Positions 10,865-22,649 of a DNA stretch of 64,000 nt are shown here, piece after piece. Both the position numbers and the translations under genes were made by a program. The notes beneath the pieces are model-generated. The model made no database searches. It saw nothing but the letters and a program-made list of their open reading frames with translations, and was not told the DNA's origin. Source of the DNA: Macrostomum lignano (taxonomy: Eukaryota); the NCBI GenBank assembly GCA_002269645.1, contig NIVC01001382.1, forward strand, positions 62,001-126,000, read 5' to 3'. Every line of letters begins with the position of its first letter. Positions within the stretch are counted from its first letter, which is position 1.

Positions 10865-11380
10865 GAACACTCTCGGCCATGCCCGGCGTTCTCGGTCGCT
10901 GCCCGGTGTTTTCGGCCGCTGCCAGTCGTTCTCGGCCGCTGCCCGGCATTCTCGGTCGCTGTCCGGCACTCTCGGCCATGCCCGGCGTTTTCGGTCGCTG
11001 CCCGGTGTTTTCGGCCGCTGCCAGTCGTTCTCGGCCGCTGCCCGGCATTCTCGGCCGCTGCCCGGCATTCTCGGTCGCTGTCCGGCATTCTCGGCCATGC
11101 CCGGCGTTTTCGGCCACAGCCCGGCATTCTCGGCCGCTGCCAGTCGTTCTCGGCCGCTGCCCGGCATTTTCGGTCGCTGTCCGGCATTCTCGGCCATGCC
11201 CGGCGTTTTCGGCCACAGCCCGGCATTCTCGGCCGCTGCCCGGCATTCTCGGTCGCTGTCCGGCATTCTCGGCCATGCCCGGCGTTTTCGGCCACAGTCC
11301 GGCATTCTCGGCCGTGCCCGGTGTTCTCGGCCTGTCCGACATCCTCGGCCCCTGTCCTGCGCTCTCGGCCGCTGCCTGAC
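10865..11380. repeat. GC-rich ~20-bp tandem repeat array inside the Gypsy 3' region
   Basis: Variants of cccggcattctcggccgctg. The six overlapping ORFs here come from the stop-free repeat. Confidence 0.9.
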
Positions 11381-11475
11381 ACTCTTGGTCTCTTTCATTC
11401 AGTTTCATTTCATAACATTTTTTTTTCATTTTCGTTCAGTCAAAGCGCGTCGTTTTCTTTTTTTAGGGGGGAGGG

Positions 11476-12447
11476 TGTTGTGACCTGTGTCACAGTGCTC
11501 CCCTGGTGCAAGTGCACTTTGATAGTTGTTGACTTTGGTAGTTGATTATTGTTACCCCCCCCCCCCCCGGCTCAAGCCAGTCTGGAGCTATGAGCCCTTT
11601 GGCTGAGCCTCTGCTCTCTTTCTCTCTCTCTCTCGCCTTGGCTGTTTAGCCCTTTGGCTAGCCGTGCTGATTGGCTGGGCCTCTGCTCTCTCTCTCTCTC
11701 TCCCTGGCCGTGCGCGCTTCCACCCTCCCCTCGCCGCAGCCAATCAGCTGTCAATCAGCTCCATTGCGTAAGCCCTTTCTTCCCCCCCTTGTTTGCGCCC
11801 CTGCCCCTTTTTACTCGTTATTTAAGGCGACGCTCAGACCCCGCCCCTTTTCTCACCGTGCCTGCGCCCATTTGCGCCCACCGCGATAAATAAACGAACG
11901 TGACCAGCGATCAACCGTAGAGACGGTCTCTTACTGCGAAGACTCAATTTATTGCAATCGATCGGCCTTCCCGTGTATGAGTGCTATAATCGACCCGGCC
12001 CGGTAAGCTGTCGAGACAATTGCCTGTGTTCCTCGGGGTCGCTCTCCTGATCTCTCTCTCTCTCTCACTCTCTCCTCAGTCTGACTCACCAGGCTGTCGA
12101 GTGGCCGACCGCCCGCAGCCCTCTCTCTCTTCCTTGACTCACCAGGCTGTCGAGTGGCCGCCCGCCCACAGCCCTCTCTCTTTTCCTTGACTCACCAGGC
12201 TGTCGAGTGGCCGACCGCCCGCAGCCCTCTCTCTCTTCCTTGACTCACCAGGCTGTCGAGTGGCCGCCCGCCCACAGCCGCCCCTCCCCTCTCTCTCGAC
12301 TTCTCAACCTTGCCCTCCCCCCGAAGTGTCCGTACGCCTCGGGGTCGCCGATCGAGCTCGTAAGCCCTGGGCAGTCCAGTACCCGAACCCCGACACCGCT
12401 ACCCGTCACCCAACCCGGCCGTGCCAGCGAGGAAGGGGGATACAACA
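11476..12447 (+). repeat. 3' LTR (972 bp)
   Basis: Starts tgttgt directly after the PPT and ends acaaca. aataaa near 11887. Internal ~45-bp repeats (ttgactcaccaggctgtcgagtggcc...) at about 12080-12290. Confidence 0.85.
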
Positions 12448-12569
12448 AAAGCTCTTGACTTACTTGACTTAGCTGCAGGGGGCGTCCGGCGGATGCAGCG
12501 GGGAGGCGGAGGAGACCGCCCATTCCGCTAGCCCCTGGCGACCAACGACTTCCGTTGAAGCGGTGTCGC

Positions 12570-15500
12570 TCAGGGGGACCCGTCGGTCTCGCCTGCAGCG
12601 CGGTCCTCCTCACCGACGGTGGGGAAGAAATCAGCTCGTCCGGTGTCCCTGAGGTACCGGGCGAGCAGCGGGATGCTCTCGGGCCTGCAAACGTCGGAGA
12701 GAACCGGGTTTGGCCCGAGGTGAGTAAGCCTGGCCCTGGTGAAAACCGGGCAGTGGCAGATAAAATGCTCGGCGTTTTCACTGCCTGAGCGGCAGAAGGG
12801 GCACCGCTCCTCGGGTACTTGGCCCTGAAGGAAGCGGTGGCGAGAGAAGCAGCCATGCCCGGAGAGGGCCATGCTAACTGCTCTGAGGTCTCTGCGGTTG
12901 AGCCTGAGGAGGGCTCTACGCAGGAGAGGAGAGGGACAGGGGACGGCAGCACGGGATTGCCTACAATTCCGGGTGTCGTGCCACCTGCGGAGATGCTCGG
13001 AGTCAGCCCAGCGCTTAACGCGGGAATTGATCACCGAGGCGGGGATGGGGGCACCCGGGCCCGGCCCCAATAGCGCGCCGGCGGAGCCAGCCTTGGCCAG
13101 CAGGTCAGCGCGCTCGTTGCCGAGGAAGCCGGCGTGGCCCGGGATCCATCTGAGCTCCACCTGGTTGCCTAGCGCAAGCCCGTTGAGCTGGGTGTTGCAG
13201 TCCAGGACGGACCTGGAGCTGGCGGTGCTGCGGCAGAGGGCCCGAAGGGCTGCTTGGCTGTCAGAGTGAAAAATAAATTTCCGGCCGCTAAGCTGCCTTC
13301 GGCGCAGCTCTGCCGCGCAGGAGCTGATGGCAAGCACCTCGCTCTGAAAAACACTGGAGTAGAGCCCAGTGTGCTGGGAGTAGTTCCACACCACTTCTCC
13401 CTTGAAGAAGACGCAAGCTCCGAAGCCTGAAAGACCATGCCTCATAGAGCCGTCAGTGTAACAGTGGACTTCAGAGTCGCTCCAGCTGTCACTCGCCTCG
13501 TGTCGAGGCTGAATGGTGACCTTATACCTTTGGCTCAGGAGAAGGGTGGCTGGGATCGAGTCCGTGAGGATGTTGAGCCCGCCACACTCCTCGAGAGCCT
13601 TGAGGCAGAGGTCAGAGTGCGGGATAAGCGACCGCTTCTTAAAGGCCCGCACTTTCTTGAAGGCCACCCCAGCATCCAGAAGACGCCGGGTGCTCTTCGC
13701 CGCCTCTCCTTTGATATAAATATCCAAAGGAGGGGCACAGAGGAAGGCATTCATGCCTTCAAAAGGAGTAGAGGGTGGAGCGCCCATAGTCATGCGGCAG
13801 GCTCTGCCCTGGATTTTGTAGAGAGCGTCGAGGTTGCTCTTGACGCTCAGGCCGCTAGCCCACACGAGGCTGGCGTAACTGATCGAGGGGCGAATGATGG
13901 CAGTGTAAATCCACCACAGCTTCCTGGGGGTGAGCCCCCAGGTGGTGCCCACGGCGCGCCTGATCTGAGCCAGTACAGCCAGGGCTTTTTTGGCTTTAGT
14001 TTGAATGTGCGGAGTCCAGTTAAGCCTGTGGTCCAGAGTGAGGCCCAGGCAGCGGACCTGCTTCTCCATGGAAATATTCTTTCCATAGAGGGTGAGGGGC
14101 TTAATGGTCCAGAGCAGTTTGTTGGTAACATGACTGCTGTGGTTTTCGACTCTGAGAGTCTAAGGCCACATTGGTCTGCCCAACGCTCCGCTCGTCCCAG
14201 AAAGCCCTGCAGAAGGTCTCTGATGGTATCAACCGAGGGGCCCGCGCATATCGCGGTCACATCATCGGCATAGCCCACCTTGAGAATGGGGTCGTGGAGA
14301 TCACTGCAAAGCAACTCATCCATGACCATGTTCCAGAGAACGGGGGTGAGAACGCCGCCCTGGGGGCCCCCTTTCAGGACAGGCACCGAAAGAGAGCTGC
14401 CGCTCAGGTGGGCCACAACAGTGCGGTTTCGGATCATGAACATGATCCACCGGACAAGGTGAGGGTGCGTGGCCCTGGATTCCAGGGCTCTGCAAAAGGC
14501 CTCGAAGATGACGTTGTCGAAGGCCCCCTCAATGTCCAGGAAAAGCGAGAGGGCAAAGCCGCTGCCAAGAACGGCCCTCTCCAGGAAGTCAACAATGACA
14601 TGGAGGCACTCTCGGTTGACCTGCCCGCGCGGAAGGCGTGCTGGTTCTGCGAGAGTGGGAAGCGCTTCAGCTCGACCGAAAGTAGGCGCCAAAGCACCAG
14701 TCTCTCGAGGAGCTTGAGGCAGAAAGAAGTGAGGCTGATAGGCCTGAAGGCCTTCACCGATTGGTAGTCGCTCTTTCCAGGCTTGGGGATAAAGACCACC
14801 CGGGCCTCTCTCCACGCAACTGGTACATAGCCCAGCTCCACACAAGCTCGAGGAGACGACAGAGCAGGTCCAGGAAGCGGTGGTTTTTCACCGCCTCGTG
14901 CAAGAACGCTGGGTAGATGCCGTCGGGCCAGGCGCCTTGAACGGGTTAAAGGACCTTGCCGCTCTAATAATGCGGTCTTTGGTGATCATAGACTTTGCTA
15001 GGCTTGCCCTCCCACTGTGTGGTCGGGCGGGCCCTGCTGAGTCGGAGATTTAGGGAAAAAACTGTTGAGCATGAGCTCTAGAGTCTCTTCCGAACTCTCT
15101 GTGACCGAGCCGTCAGGTCTCTTCACAACAGAGAGTTTAGAAAAACGGTCATTAGTGAGTGCCTTAACCACGCGGGCTACAGGGCGAGAGCCCTCAAGCC
15201 CTTCGCAATATTGGCGCCACTTGGCCGTCTTGGCCCTTTTGACTTGGCCCTTAAACTCGTGGATCGCACGGGTATAGGCCTCTCTGTCAGATGGGTCTTT
15301 GGTTTTGAGCGCTCGCCTTTGGAGGGTCCTGGCTCGGCGCCGAAGGGCCCCGAGCTCTGGGTTCCACCTGAGAGCAGATTTCTTGCCTTTATAGGCCTTT
15401 AGGGGGCAGGCTGCTTCAAAGGCAGTGGTATCGCCCCGCCAGGGAGGAGGCGAGATCGTCCACCACCTGGCAGTCAGAGAGGTCACTGGGGGGGTCAAGA

Positions 15501-16267
15501 TCCCGAAGGCCGCGGCTCAGCTTCGAGCCAAAGGCGGCCCAATCGGTGTTCCTGACGTTCCGACTCCAAGTGACCTTAGGCTTTTGCTTGGTCGGCCCAA
15601 TGCAAAAGCGGATAAAGCGGTGGTCCGAGAGCGAGTCCTCGTCCCACACTCGCCAGCCCGTAACTGCGGAAAGCAGTCCGGGTGAGGCGATGGTGGTGTC
15701 GATGACTTCGGCCCACCGCCCATTATTGAACGTTGGTGCATTGCCCACGTTACAGAAGTTGAGGTTAGTGCTGCTGACATAGGCCAGCAGCTCCTCGCCT
15801 CTGCTATTGATGTTCTTGCTGCCCCAATGCAGGTGGTGTGCGTTCACATCCCCTGCAATGAGCAGCTCGAACCGATGGGACGCAGCATAGTCAGTAAGGT
15901 TGACTAACGCGTCGCAGACAACTGGGGCATCGCCCGGGAAATAGGCAGAAGCTACCAGCACAGGTTTATTGGGAATGAGGTTATTGATTTGAACAACACA
16001 GATGTCCCCAGTCGAGAGATCAGGTCTCATCCATGCCTCAAAAGCTTTTGCAGCAAAGACCAGAGATCTTGGGCGAGGCTGAGAGCCCGCCATGCAAAAA
16101 CAGTGGTAGCCAGATGGCACATTATTTGGCTTACCTTTAGTCATCCAGGGCTCCTGTACGAAGACCAGGCCCGGAAGCTGTTGCTCTGCCGTGCGCATCA
16201 GGTTGACCGACGCCGCCACGCAGTGCTGGGTGTTGATCTGCAGACACCAGGTAGTCGCTGGCATCAT
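12570..16267 (-). pseudogene. LINE ORF2: APE endonuclease, reverse transcriptase, RNase H, C-terminal CCHC; about 4 frameshifts
   Basis: QINTQH, VQEPW, GDVNAHH, SDH (APE); VFIPKPGK, FRPISL, FLDIEGAFDNV, PQGGVL, YADD (RT); YTDGS, SEVLAI, SDSQAAL, WIPGH, GNERAD (RNase H); CPFC...EHFICHC. Split over ORFs 15416-16267, 14998-15498, 14434-14841/13847-14845 and 12570-14069. Confidence 0.95.
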
Positions 16268-17784
16268 TGCAGATCGGATGTTGCAGCCGCCAGGAGTTCC
16301 CCCTCCTCCTCGGCGCTCACCGGCTTCGGGTCGGGGTCGCCGGTGTCCATGGGCTCTTCTTCAGCAAAAGGCCCCCGATTGGCCGGAAGGCAGTAGGCAG
16401 CGTTCGCCGCCCTTTGCCCACCATCCATGGGGTCCTCCGCCTCAGATTGGCCCAATGCCCTGGAGCAGCCAGCCGCCTGGGCAGGCGGGTCCGTCTCCAG
16501 TCGGCCCTGCCCCGAGGGGTTGGGCCCAGCTGGGACGTCCCCACCCTCCCTGGACGAACTGGTGCGCCTAGGCGTCCCGGCGACCTCTCGCCTCAGCTGG
16601 GAGATTTTGGCGGTACGGACTGCCTCAGCTGCACGCTGGTACAGGCCGCGCCGCTTGGTGCTGCGCGCCGGGCGTCGGTCGCCTCCGCCCTCAGCAGCGC
16701 GCTCAGCTTTGCCCGCGCGGCCGTGCTGCCGGGCAGGGCGGTTTGCTTTGGCAGTCTGAGCAGAGGCTTGCGCCTCGGCCCCGGCCGCCTCCGCATCCCG
16801 CCCGCCCTGCTCACTGCCACGGGGAGGGTCGGCCTCGTAGGAGCGGATGCGCAGCTTCCAAAGGCCGACGTTGATGAAGCTGCCGTGCGGATAACGCTTC
16901 ATCCAGGCGTCCGACAGCCCCAGGATGGCTGTGAAGCCAGTGCCGTCGGTGCGCTTAAGGGTGTCATGCACCACAAGGCCCGCGGCGGGAAGCTCCCGGT
17001 TGACTGCTAGCAGTCCTTTCCGGAGCTCGTCAGCAGAGGTAACAACGCTCCTGGCCGGGACCCAGATTCGATGCCTCTTGGTCCGGGGGCGCTCGTCCTC
17101 TCTGCAGAAGGCTAGGTTGAGGTCCCAGCTCTGCTCGGCCAGCAGCTCAAGGAGCCGCCGACCCGAGTCAGCATCACTGGGCCAAATGAGAAGGCACGAG
17201 TCCCTCGTCGCATTCGAATGAACGTTCAGAGGCGTGCCCTTCAGAGTAAGCTTCCACAGGAGGCCATCAACGGCACTTCTCACCTGCTTCAGCTGATCGG
17301 GAGACAGGCGCGCGTCCTTTCCCAGGATGACAACCGCCGGTTGCCTCTTTGCCGCATCAGCGTAGGAGGCCCGGGGGTCAGTGGAGCTTTCTTCAGGTGG
17401 GCTGTCCACCCTCCCGGCTGCATCGGCCTCCCTATCCTGGGCAGGGGCTTCCGTGGGCTCGAGGCCCTCTTCCGCCACCGCCCCAGACTGGGAAGCTTCC
17501 GCTGCCGCGGGCCGTTGGCCCCTGGCACCGGTTTGGCTTCCGCCCTCCTTGGCCCGCCTCGCCTTGTTAAGTCGACGGCGGGCAGCTCCAGAGGTGGTGC
17601 TGCGTTTCTTAGCAGCTGGAGTAGCAGGTGTCTTCTCGGAGGCACCGCTCAGAGTTGGCTCCACGGGTCTCGCCGAGGCGTCCCCGATGGTAGCAGGTGG
17701 TATGGCCGAGGAGTCCACGGCCCCAGCCGAGGCCGGAGGCACTGTGTCATCCACAGCCGGTTTGTTACTTTGGTTAGAAGCCAT
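16264..17784 (-). CDS. LINE ORF1 (gag-like, 506 aa from ATG 17784)
   Basis: Open frame directly upstream of ORF2. Its stop overlaps the ORF2 start (ATGA at 16267-16264). The central domain resembles ORF1 proteins of LOA/R1-type elements. Confidence 0.85.
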   Translation of the reverse strand: MASNQSNKPAVDDTVPPASAGAVDSSAIPPATIGDASARPVEPTLSGASEKTPATPAAKKRSTTSGAARRRLNKARRAKEGGSQTGARGQRPAAAEASQSGAVAEEGLEPTEAPAQDREADAAGRVDSPPEESSTDPRASYADAAKRQPAVVILGKDARLSPDQLKQVRSAVDGLLWKLTLKGTPLNVHSNATRDSCLLIWPSDADSGRRLLELLAEQSWDLNLAFCREDERPRTKRHRIWVPARSVVTSADELRKGLLAVNRELPAAGLVVHDTLKRTDGTGFTAILGLSDAWMKRYPHGSFINVGLWKLRIRSYEADPPRGSEQGGRDAEAAGAEAQASAQTAKANRPARQHGRAGKAERAAEGGGDRRPARSTKRRGLYQRAAEAVRTAKISQLRREVAGTPRRTSSSREGGDVPAGPNPSGQGRLETDPPAQAAGCSRALGQSEAEDPMDGGQRAANAAYCLPANRGPFAEEEPMDTGDPDPKPVSAEEEGELLAAATSDLQ

Positions 17785-18266
17785 TGGCTGGAAGTAAAAA
17801 GGTGGGACTTCCTGCAGAACACAGGCAAAGAGCCGCAAGGCCGCAACCCCAAACCAAGCGGCAGGCCCCCAAAAAGCAAAATACCACCCTGCGGGGGGAC
17901 CAAAAAGCGCAAGGGGAACCGTTAGCGACCAGACTACTCCCTGGCCAAGCGTCCATCAGCACGGAGTTACACTGGGACATTAGAGGGTGCGTTTATGGTC
18001 ACACCAGGACCCGGCGCCAACGAATCAGCTCGGCAGGGCCCAAGGGGGCCTGCCTTAACACCCACGGGACGAGTACCCTTCGAAGTGCGCCTTGCAAGGT
18101 GAAAATCAGGAGACAGAGTCTCTAGAGCTATCAGCCCGCCAGGGGAGGCAGGTGTGAGCATCGCTGGCTGGGATAAAGGCCATACCAGTCTCATACTGCA
18201 CAGATAGTTCACCACGCCATTACGTGCAGGACCCGGGGTCCTGGGGGCAACAGCCCCGGCGAGCTG

Positions 18267-19328
18267 AAAGCTCATTCGTCAGTCATGTGACGGCGTCATA
18301 TGTATCGCATGCCCGGCGTGCGGCCATATTTGAAAGAAACGAGGCAGCCCTTGACGAGCCAGGATCCATGCCCAAGCTTGTAAGCTTCGCCATAGTGCTG
18401 CGCAAAAGCGTTGGGTGAAATCCAAGCGGCTCAGTCGAGTTATCTGTTGCTGTCTTTGGGATGGTGCTTGCCTCCCGGTCCGACTGCATACATCTATCTG
18501 CAGCTCCATCAGCAGACAAAGTGGAAGCTGCCGAAGGCGGTTGACAGAGCAGTTCCTGAGACATCGGACTTTGTCTTCCTGTTTCGGCTGCGAAGACTCT
18601 GGCCTCCTCCCGCTGCGGCTGTGGACTGTCATGCATAGCAGAGGGTCGCAGGCCTGTAGATTGTCTGTTGGGTAGCACTGGTCGCCCTTCTTCTCTCTGG
18701 GGTGTTAGAGTCACATCACCTCGGTCTTGGCCATGAGCATCATCAGTGACATCGATTTCGCTTTCTGACGTTGTCCACTGCTGTTTTAAGAAAAATAGGA
18801 AAATCTAATTATTTTTCTTCATCGCCCATCGGCAATCACCTGCGCTCATTTTGTCGCTCATCCACCCATTTACTTCACTAATCACCTACTCACTCATTCC
18901 CCTCCCTCACTTTAAAGTTTGTTTCTAACTTTCTTTTAGGATTCTCGTTTAAAAAATACTTACTTCGATGGGCCGAATTGCGTTGCGTCGGCCGATATTT
19001 ACTTTTCGTATTGTTCTTAACAGGCTCTGCGGCGTCTTCATTTTTTCACTTCTGAGCCTTCGGAGAGCTCGATCGTCGGCGTGTTGTCGGTCTCTGGGCT
19101 TAAGACAACTTGCAAAAGTAATGCATCGAACCAGTCGCTTTGATACTCAGCACGCACATCTATGGGTACCTGAGAAAACAATTCTGGCGTGCTCATAGCC
19201 CGCCAGTCAGCGTCTGTATAGCTCTGGTAGTCTCCGAGCAAAATCTCGTTCTCTTGAACTTCGATTATTTCCCCATCTAAATGGAAAAATACTATATACC
19301 TAATTCTTAAATCGGATGGCTCAAACAT
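18267..19328 (-). pseudogene. Spliced partner gene (second ORF) of CACTA-like element A
   Basis: Exon 1 from ATG 19328 (MFEPSDLRIRYIVFFHLDGEIIEV...). Donor gtaagt at 18964, acceptor ...aaaacag at 18781. Exon 2 reads QWTTSESEIDV... One slip in an A-run near 19042. Exon 1 is homologous to 40305-40562. Confidence 0.6.
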
Positions 19329-19685
19329 GTTGGAACAGTGCTTGCTTGCAGGGAGAAGAAAATTCTGTGGATAACTGAGGAGCACGGGATTACGAGCTAG
19401 ATATTTAACTATAGTGGGGGTGCACTCTTCTCAAATATTCCTTTTTCCGTGTGCCTTAATTTCTATTGGCTGTGACAGGGAAGCCTCTATGGTCGCTACC
19501 TTGCGGGCCGGGCCGGCAGCGAGCCAATACGATTCCCCGGCTGTTCGATTGTTGGAGGAAAAAGAGCCCTGATTCGATATTCGGGCATAAAATTATGGTG
19601 TCATGAATAATAGTTTCATTAAAATTAAATCTATTAAATGTACTATGCATACACTTCGAACAAAATATTCATAACAAGCACAGAG

Positions 19686-21983
19686 ATGTCAAAAAGACGC
19701 CGTACCGAAGGCGATACGAATAAATCGCGACTTTTCCGCAACTAGCTTCATAAAAACTTACTGGACGAAGGTCCCGAACCAGAATCACCCCCCTCTACAG
19801 ACCCAATTACTGCTAAAGAGGCTGTTTTGGAATCAGAATCGAATGGAAGCTGTTCCCATCGAAAAATCGACTACGACTGATGACTTTTTAAGAGAGCTGA
19901 CTGAGGTAAGCAGTTTTGATGATGATCTTGTTTGGCAAGCTGTCAAAATTTTAAAACTCATGCCCACCCCACTATTACTCACCTAAGCATGCATTTTCCT
20001 CCCTTACTTCAGCTCGAGGAGCAACGTGGCATGGAGTGTGACCATGTAGAGTTTGGCGACGTTTCAGCTGACATGGATAACGAATCTGACTCCGAGAAGC
20101 TGTCCAATTATGACGATGATGAAGGGGAGGAAAATTAGAAGCCTACGATGGACACTTTAAACGAAGAGCTTTTTGTTTTTTTCTTTACGTTTAACAGTTC
20201 AAACCGAGCCATGCAATTTCTTCTAAATGCGTTGGTCAGCCTGCCTGTTGCAAAAACACTTTACCGACTTACTAAATCGACCCGTGAGTCAGTAAAGAAG
20301 TTCAACATGGGAAATGGCCGCTTCTCCTATCTCGGAATTGCTTCGAACCTTGCTTTCTTACACCGGAGCGGAATGTTGGCTCTGATCAATCCAACGAAAA
20401 CTTCCGATGGAAGACAAGGGTACGAGGTTGATGCCGATTTTTGTGTTGATGGCATGCCAATGTACAACTCCTCCAATTATGCCGCTTGGCCGATTTTGGC
20501 AAAATTTTCTTGTTTTTCTCGCCCTCTTCCTGTCGCTGTGTACGCTTGTTTGGGCAAGCCCCCTCTCAATGAATATCTGACTGATTTCTGCAAGGAGCTG
20601 GAGTCCTTCATGGCTGGTTTCATCGAAGTCGAGGGAGTCCTTATCCGCATCCGACGAGCCACTTTTATCTGTGATTCACCAACTCGGGCCTTCATTACTT
20701 CTACATTGGGTCATACCACGCACCATGGATGCCCTTATTGTAGGGCGGTCGCCAAGACAGTCGACCGGCGAATTGTCTACCCGAAACAAGCTCCAGAATT
20801 TCGCACAGCCGAATTCCACCGAGCTAAAATGTAAGTCCTCCTTTTATGCTTCTTTATAAAGGCAGGGTAGACATGATAGATAGTAGACTGGGGAGCTTAA
20901 ATAGAAAGGTGATTCGGTAGAAAGGGTAGATTTGGTGTAGATAATCTTGGTACATTAGGTAACACCATCTTTCTTTGACCATTTAATTTTTTATTTGCAG
21001 GGAGTCAAATCAGCGGAAAGATTTGAGTCCTTTGCTGTTGCTTCCAGGCATCCAGCTGCCTGAAGCTTGCCCACCTGAGCCGATGCACCTGCTATTCCTT
21101 GGCTTTGCCAGGCGACTGTTTCACTTTTTGTTCGCCGTTGACGGTCGGCATCGCAATATTCGGCCTGATGCGATCACCAGCTTGTCTGATTATACCGAAG
21201 CGCGCCAGTCCTTCACGCCGACAAACTTTCAGCGGTGCCCACGCAGAATTGACCAGGAACTGAGTCATTTCAATGCAACTGTATTTCGCACTTGGGTACT
21301 CTACGTAGCTACGTAGCTACGTATTTACGCCCCTACTTTCTGCGTAAATTTCTGCCGAGTGAACTGTACAGGCATTTTCTATTATTCCACTTCGCCTGCT
21401 ATATTCTATGCTCAGACCTCCTCCGAGATGCTGAGCTTTTTGAGATGGCTGAAGCCGCCATTCGTCTATTTTTCTACGATGCCTACCAACTGTACGGTGA
21501 TAGTTTTTTTTAACACACAATGCCCATGTACTTTTACACCTGCCCGCATTTGCCAAGCAACTTGGAAACGTCTCTAATTTTTCAGCTTTTCCATTCGAGA
21601 ATTATCTGTCTCACCTTAAGCGTCGGCTCCGTGTAACGCGTTTTGCTTCCGCTCACTTATTGAATCAAATGCTATGTATTCGCGAGTTGCTAACTACTGA
21701 CCAAATTTCCCCTGTAAGGTATTCAGCTAAAAGTCCAGACAACTGCTGCATTGTGGATAGCAAGGTCATTCGCTTAACTAGTGTGCTTGGCCACAAAGTG
21801 AGTGGTGCTGTTTTAACTTTCAAATCCAACGTGTATGATTATACATACGAGTCTTCCAAATTAGGAATAGGAATTTTTGTTGAGACGCGATCTGTAATTG
21901 TAGGCGTTCCCCAGAAGAAATGTTTCTTGTTCCCCCGAAGTTCTGGAGCTTGGCTAGTTATTCCTCTTGCCGAAGCTGAGTAG
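19686..21983 (+). pseudogene. CACTA/EnSpm-like (CMC) transposase A, with intron 20831-21000
   Basis: CVDGMP..SS...WPIL, ICDSPTRAF, GHTTHHGCPYC, PEPMHLLFLG, FPFENYL. A GT-AG intron (gtaagt...ttgcag) joins RAKM to ESNQRK in frame. Stops and frameshifts elsewhere. Confidence 0.85.
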
Positions 21984-22649
21984 CTGAGTAGCTCGCTGAA
22001 TAAACTATGGCTACTCAGCTTCATCGTTATTTCTACGAGTACATGCAAATACATGACAGCTGACTCAAACTGTAGCTGAGTTCTTCTCTGGCTTTGCCTA
22101 ATGCTATCAGAATTTTTTCAGTATCCGAGTAAGTTCCTTTAGATGTCGATTTTTTCATCCAATACAGCAAATATTCTAGATCGTCTGAAACGAAGAAAAG
22201 CAGTTTTTTGGAAACCTTATTTTGCTAATTATATAAATACTTTCAGAACGAGAAGTCAAAAACAATAAATACTTTATACTTACCACTGACGCGCTGAACT
22301 GACAAAATTGGATGCGTTTTCCAATCGTTCTGAGGTGGCCCTGCCTTTTTCAGCAGCCTAACGAATGCCGTTGGATTCATCGCGAAGACTTTAGGAGGAA
22401 GTTTGACCTCACTTTCGGTCATTCAGTTGGTCGAAATAACTATGTCTCCATCTTCGAATTCGACAATTTGATACATCTGCAAAGAAAGAACAGTCATGCT
22501 CTTATAATTAGCTTCAAATGTATTACGAAAAATATAAGAAACAGGAAATTAAAATAACCATGACTTGCCTAAATAAATATTAATGCTAAAAAATGGCCTT
22601 CATATCTGAATTACTCACTCTACTTAAAGCAGAGTTTGCCTGATCTAGA

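Larger units (their letters stand above)
8285..12447 (+). mobile_element. Gypsy/Ty3 LTR retrotransposon, 5'-truncated (integrase, accessory ORF, PPT, 3' LTR)
   Basis: Integrase ORF, then PPT aggggggaggg (11465-11475), then an LTR with tgttgt...acaaca termini. Confidence 0.88.
12455..18266 (-). mobile_element. Full-length non-LTR retrotransposon, LOA/R1-like (I group), ~5.8 kb
   Basis: TSD aaagctc at 12448-12454 and 18267-18273. 3' tail (taagtcaag)2 on the minus strand. ORF1 plus APE-RT-RNaseH-CCHC ORF2. Confidence 0.92.

Noticed and set aside
10754-11545. Six overlapping 180-260-aa ORFs on both strands
   Set aside because: They result from a stop-free ~20-bp GC-rich tandem repeat; there is no domain signal.
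12555-18125. Many plus-strand ORFs opposite the LINE (e.g. 13437-14273, 16267-17010, 17218-17925)
   Set aside because: Antisense shadows of GC-rich coding sequence with no recognisable motifs.
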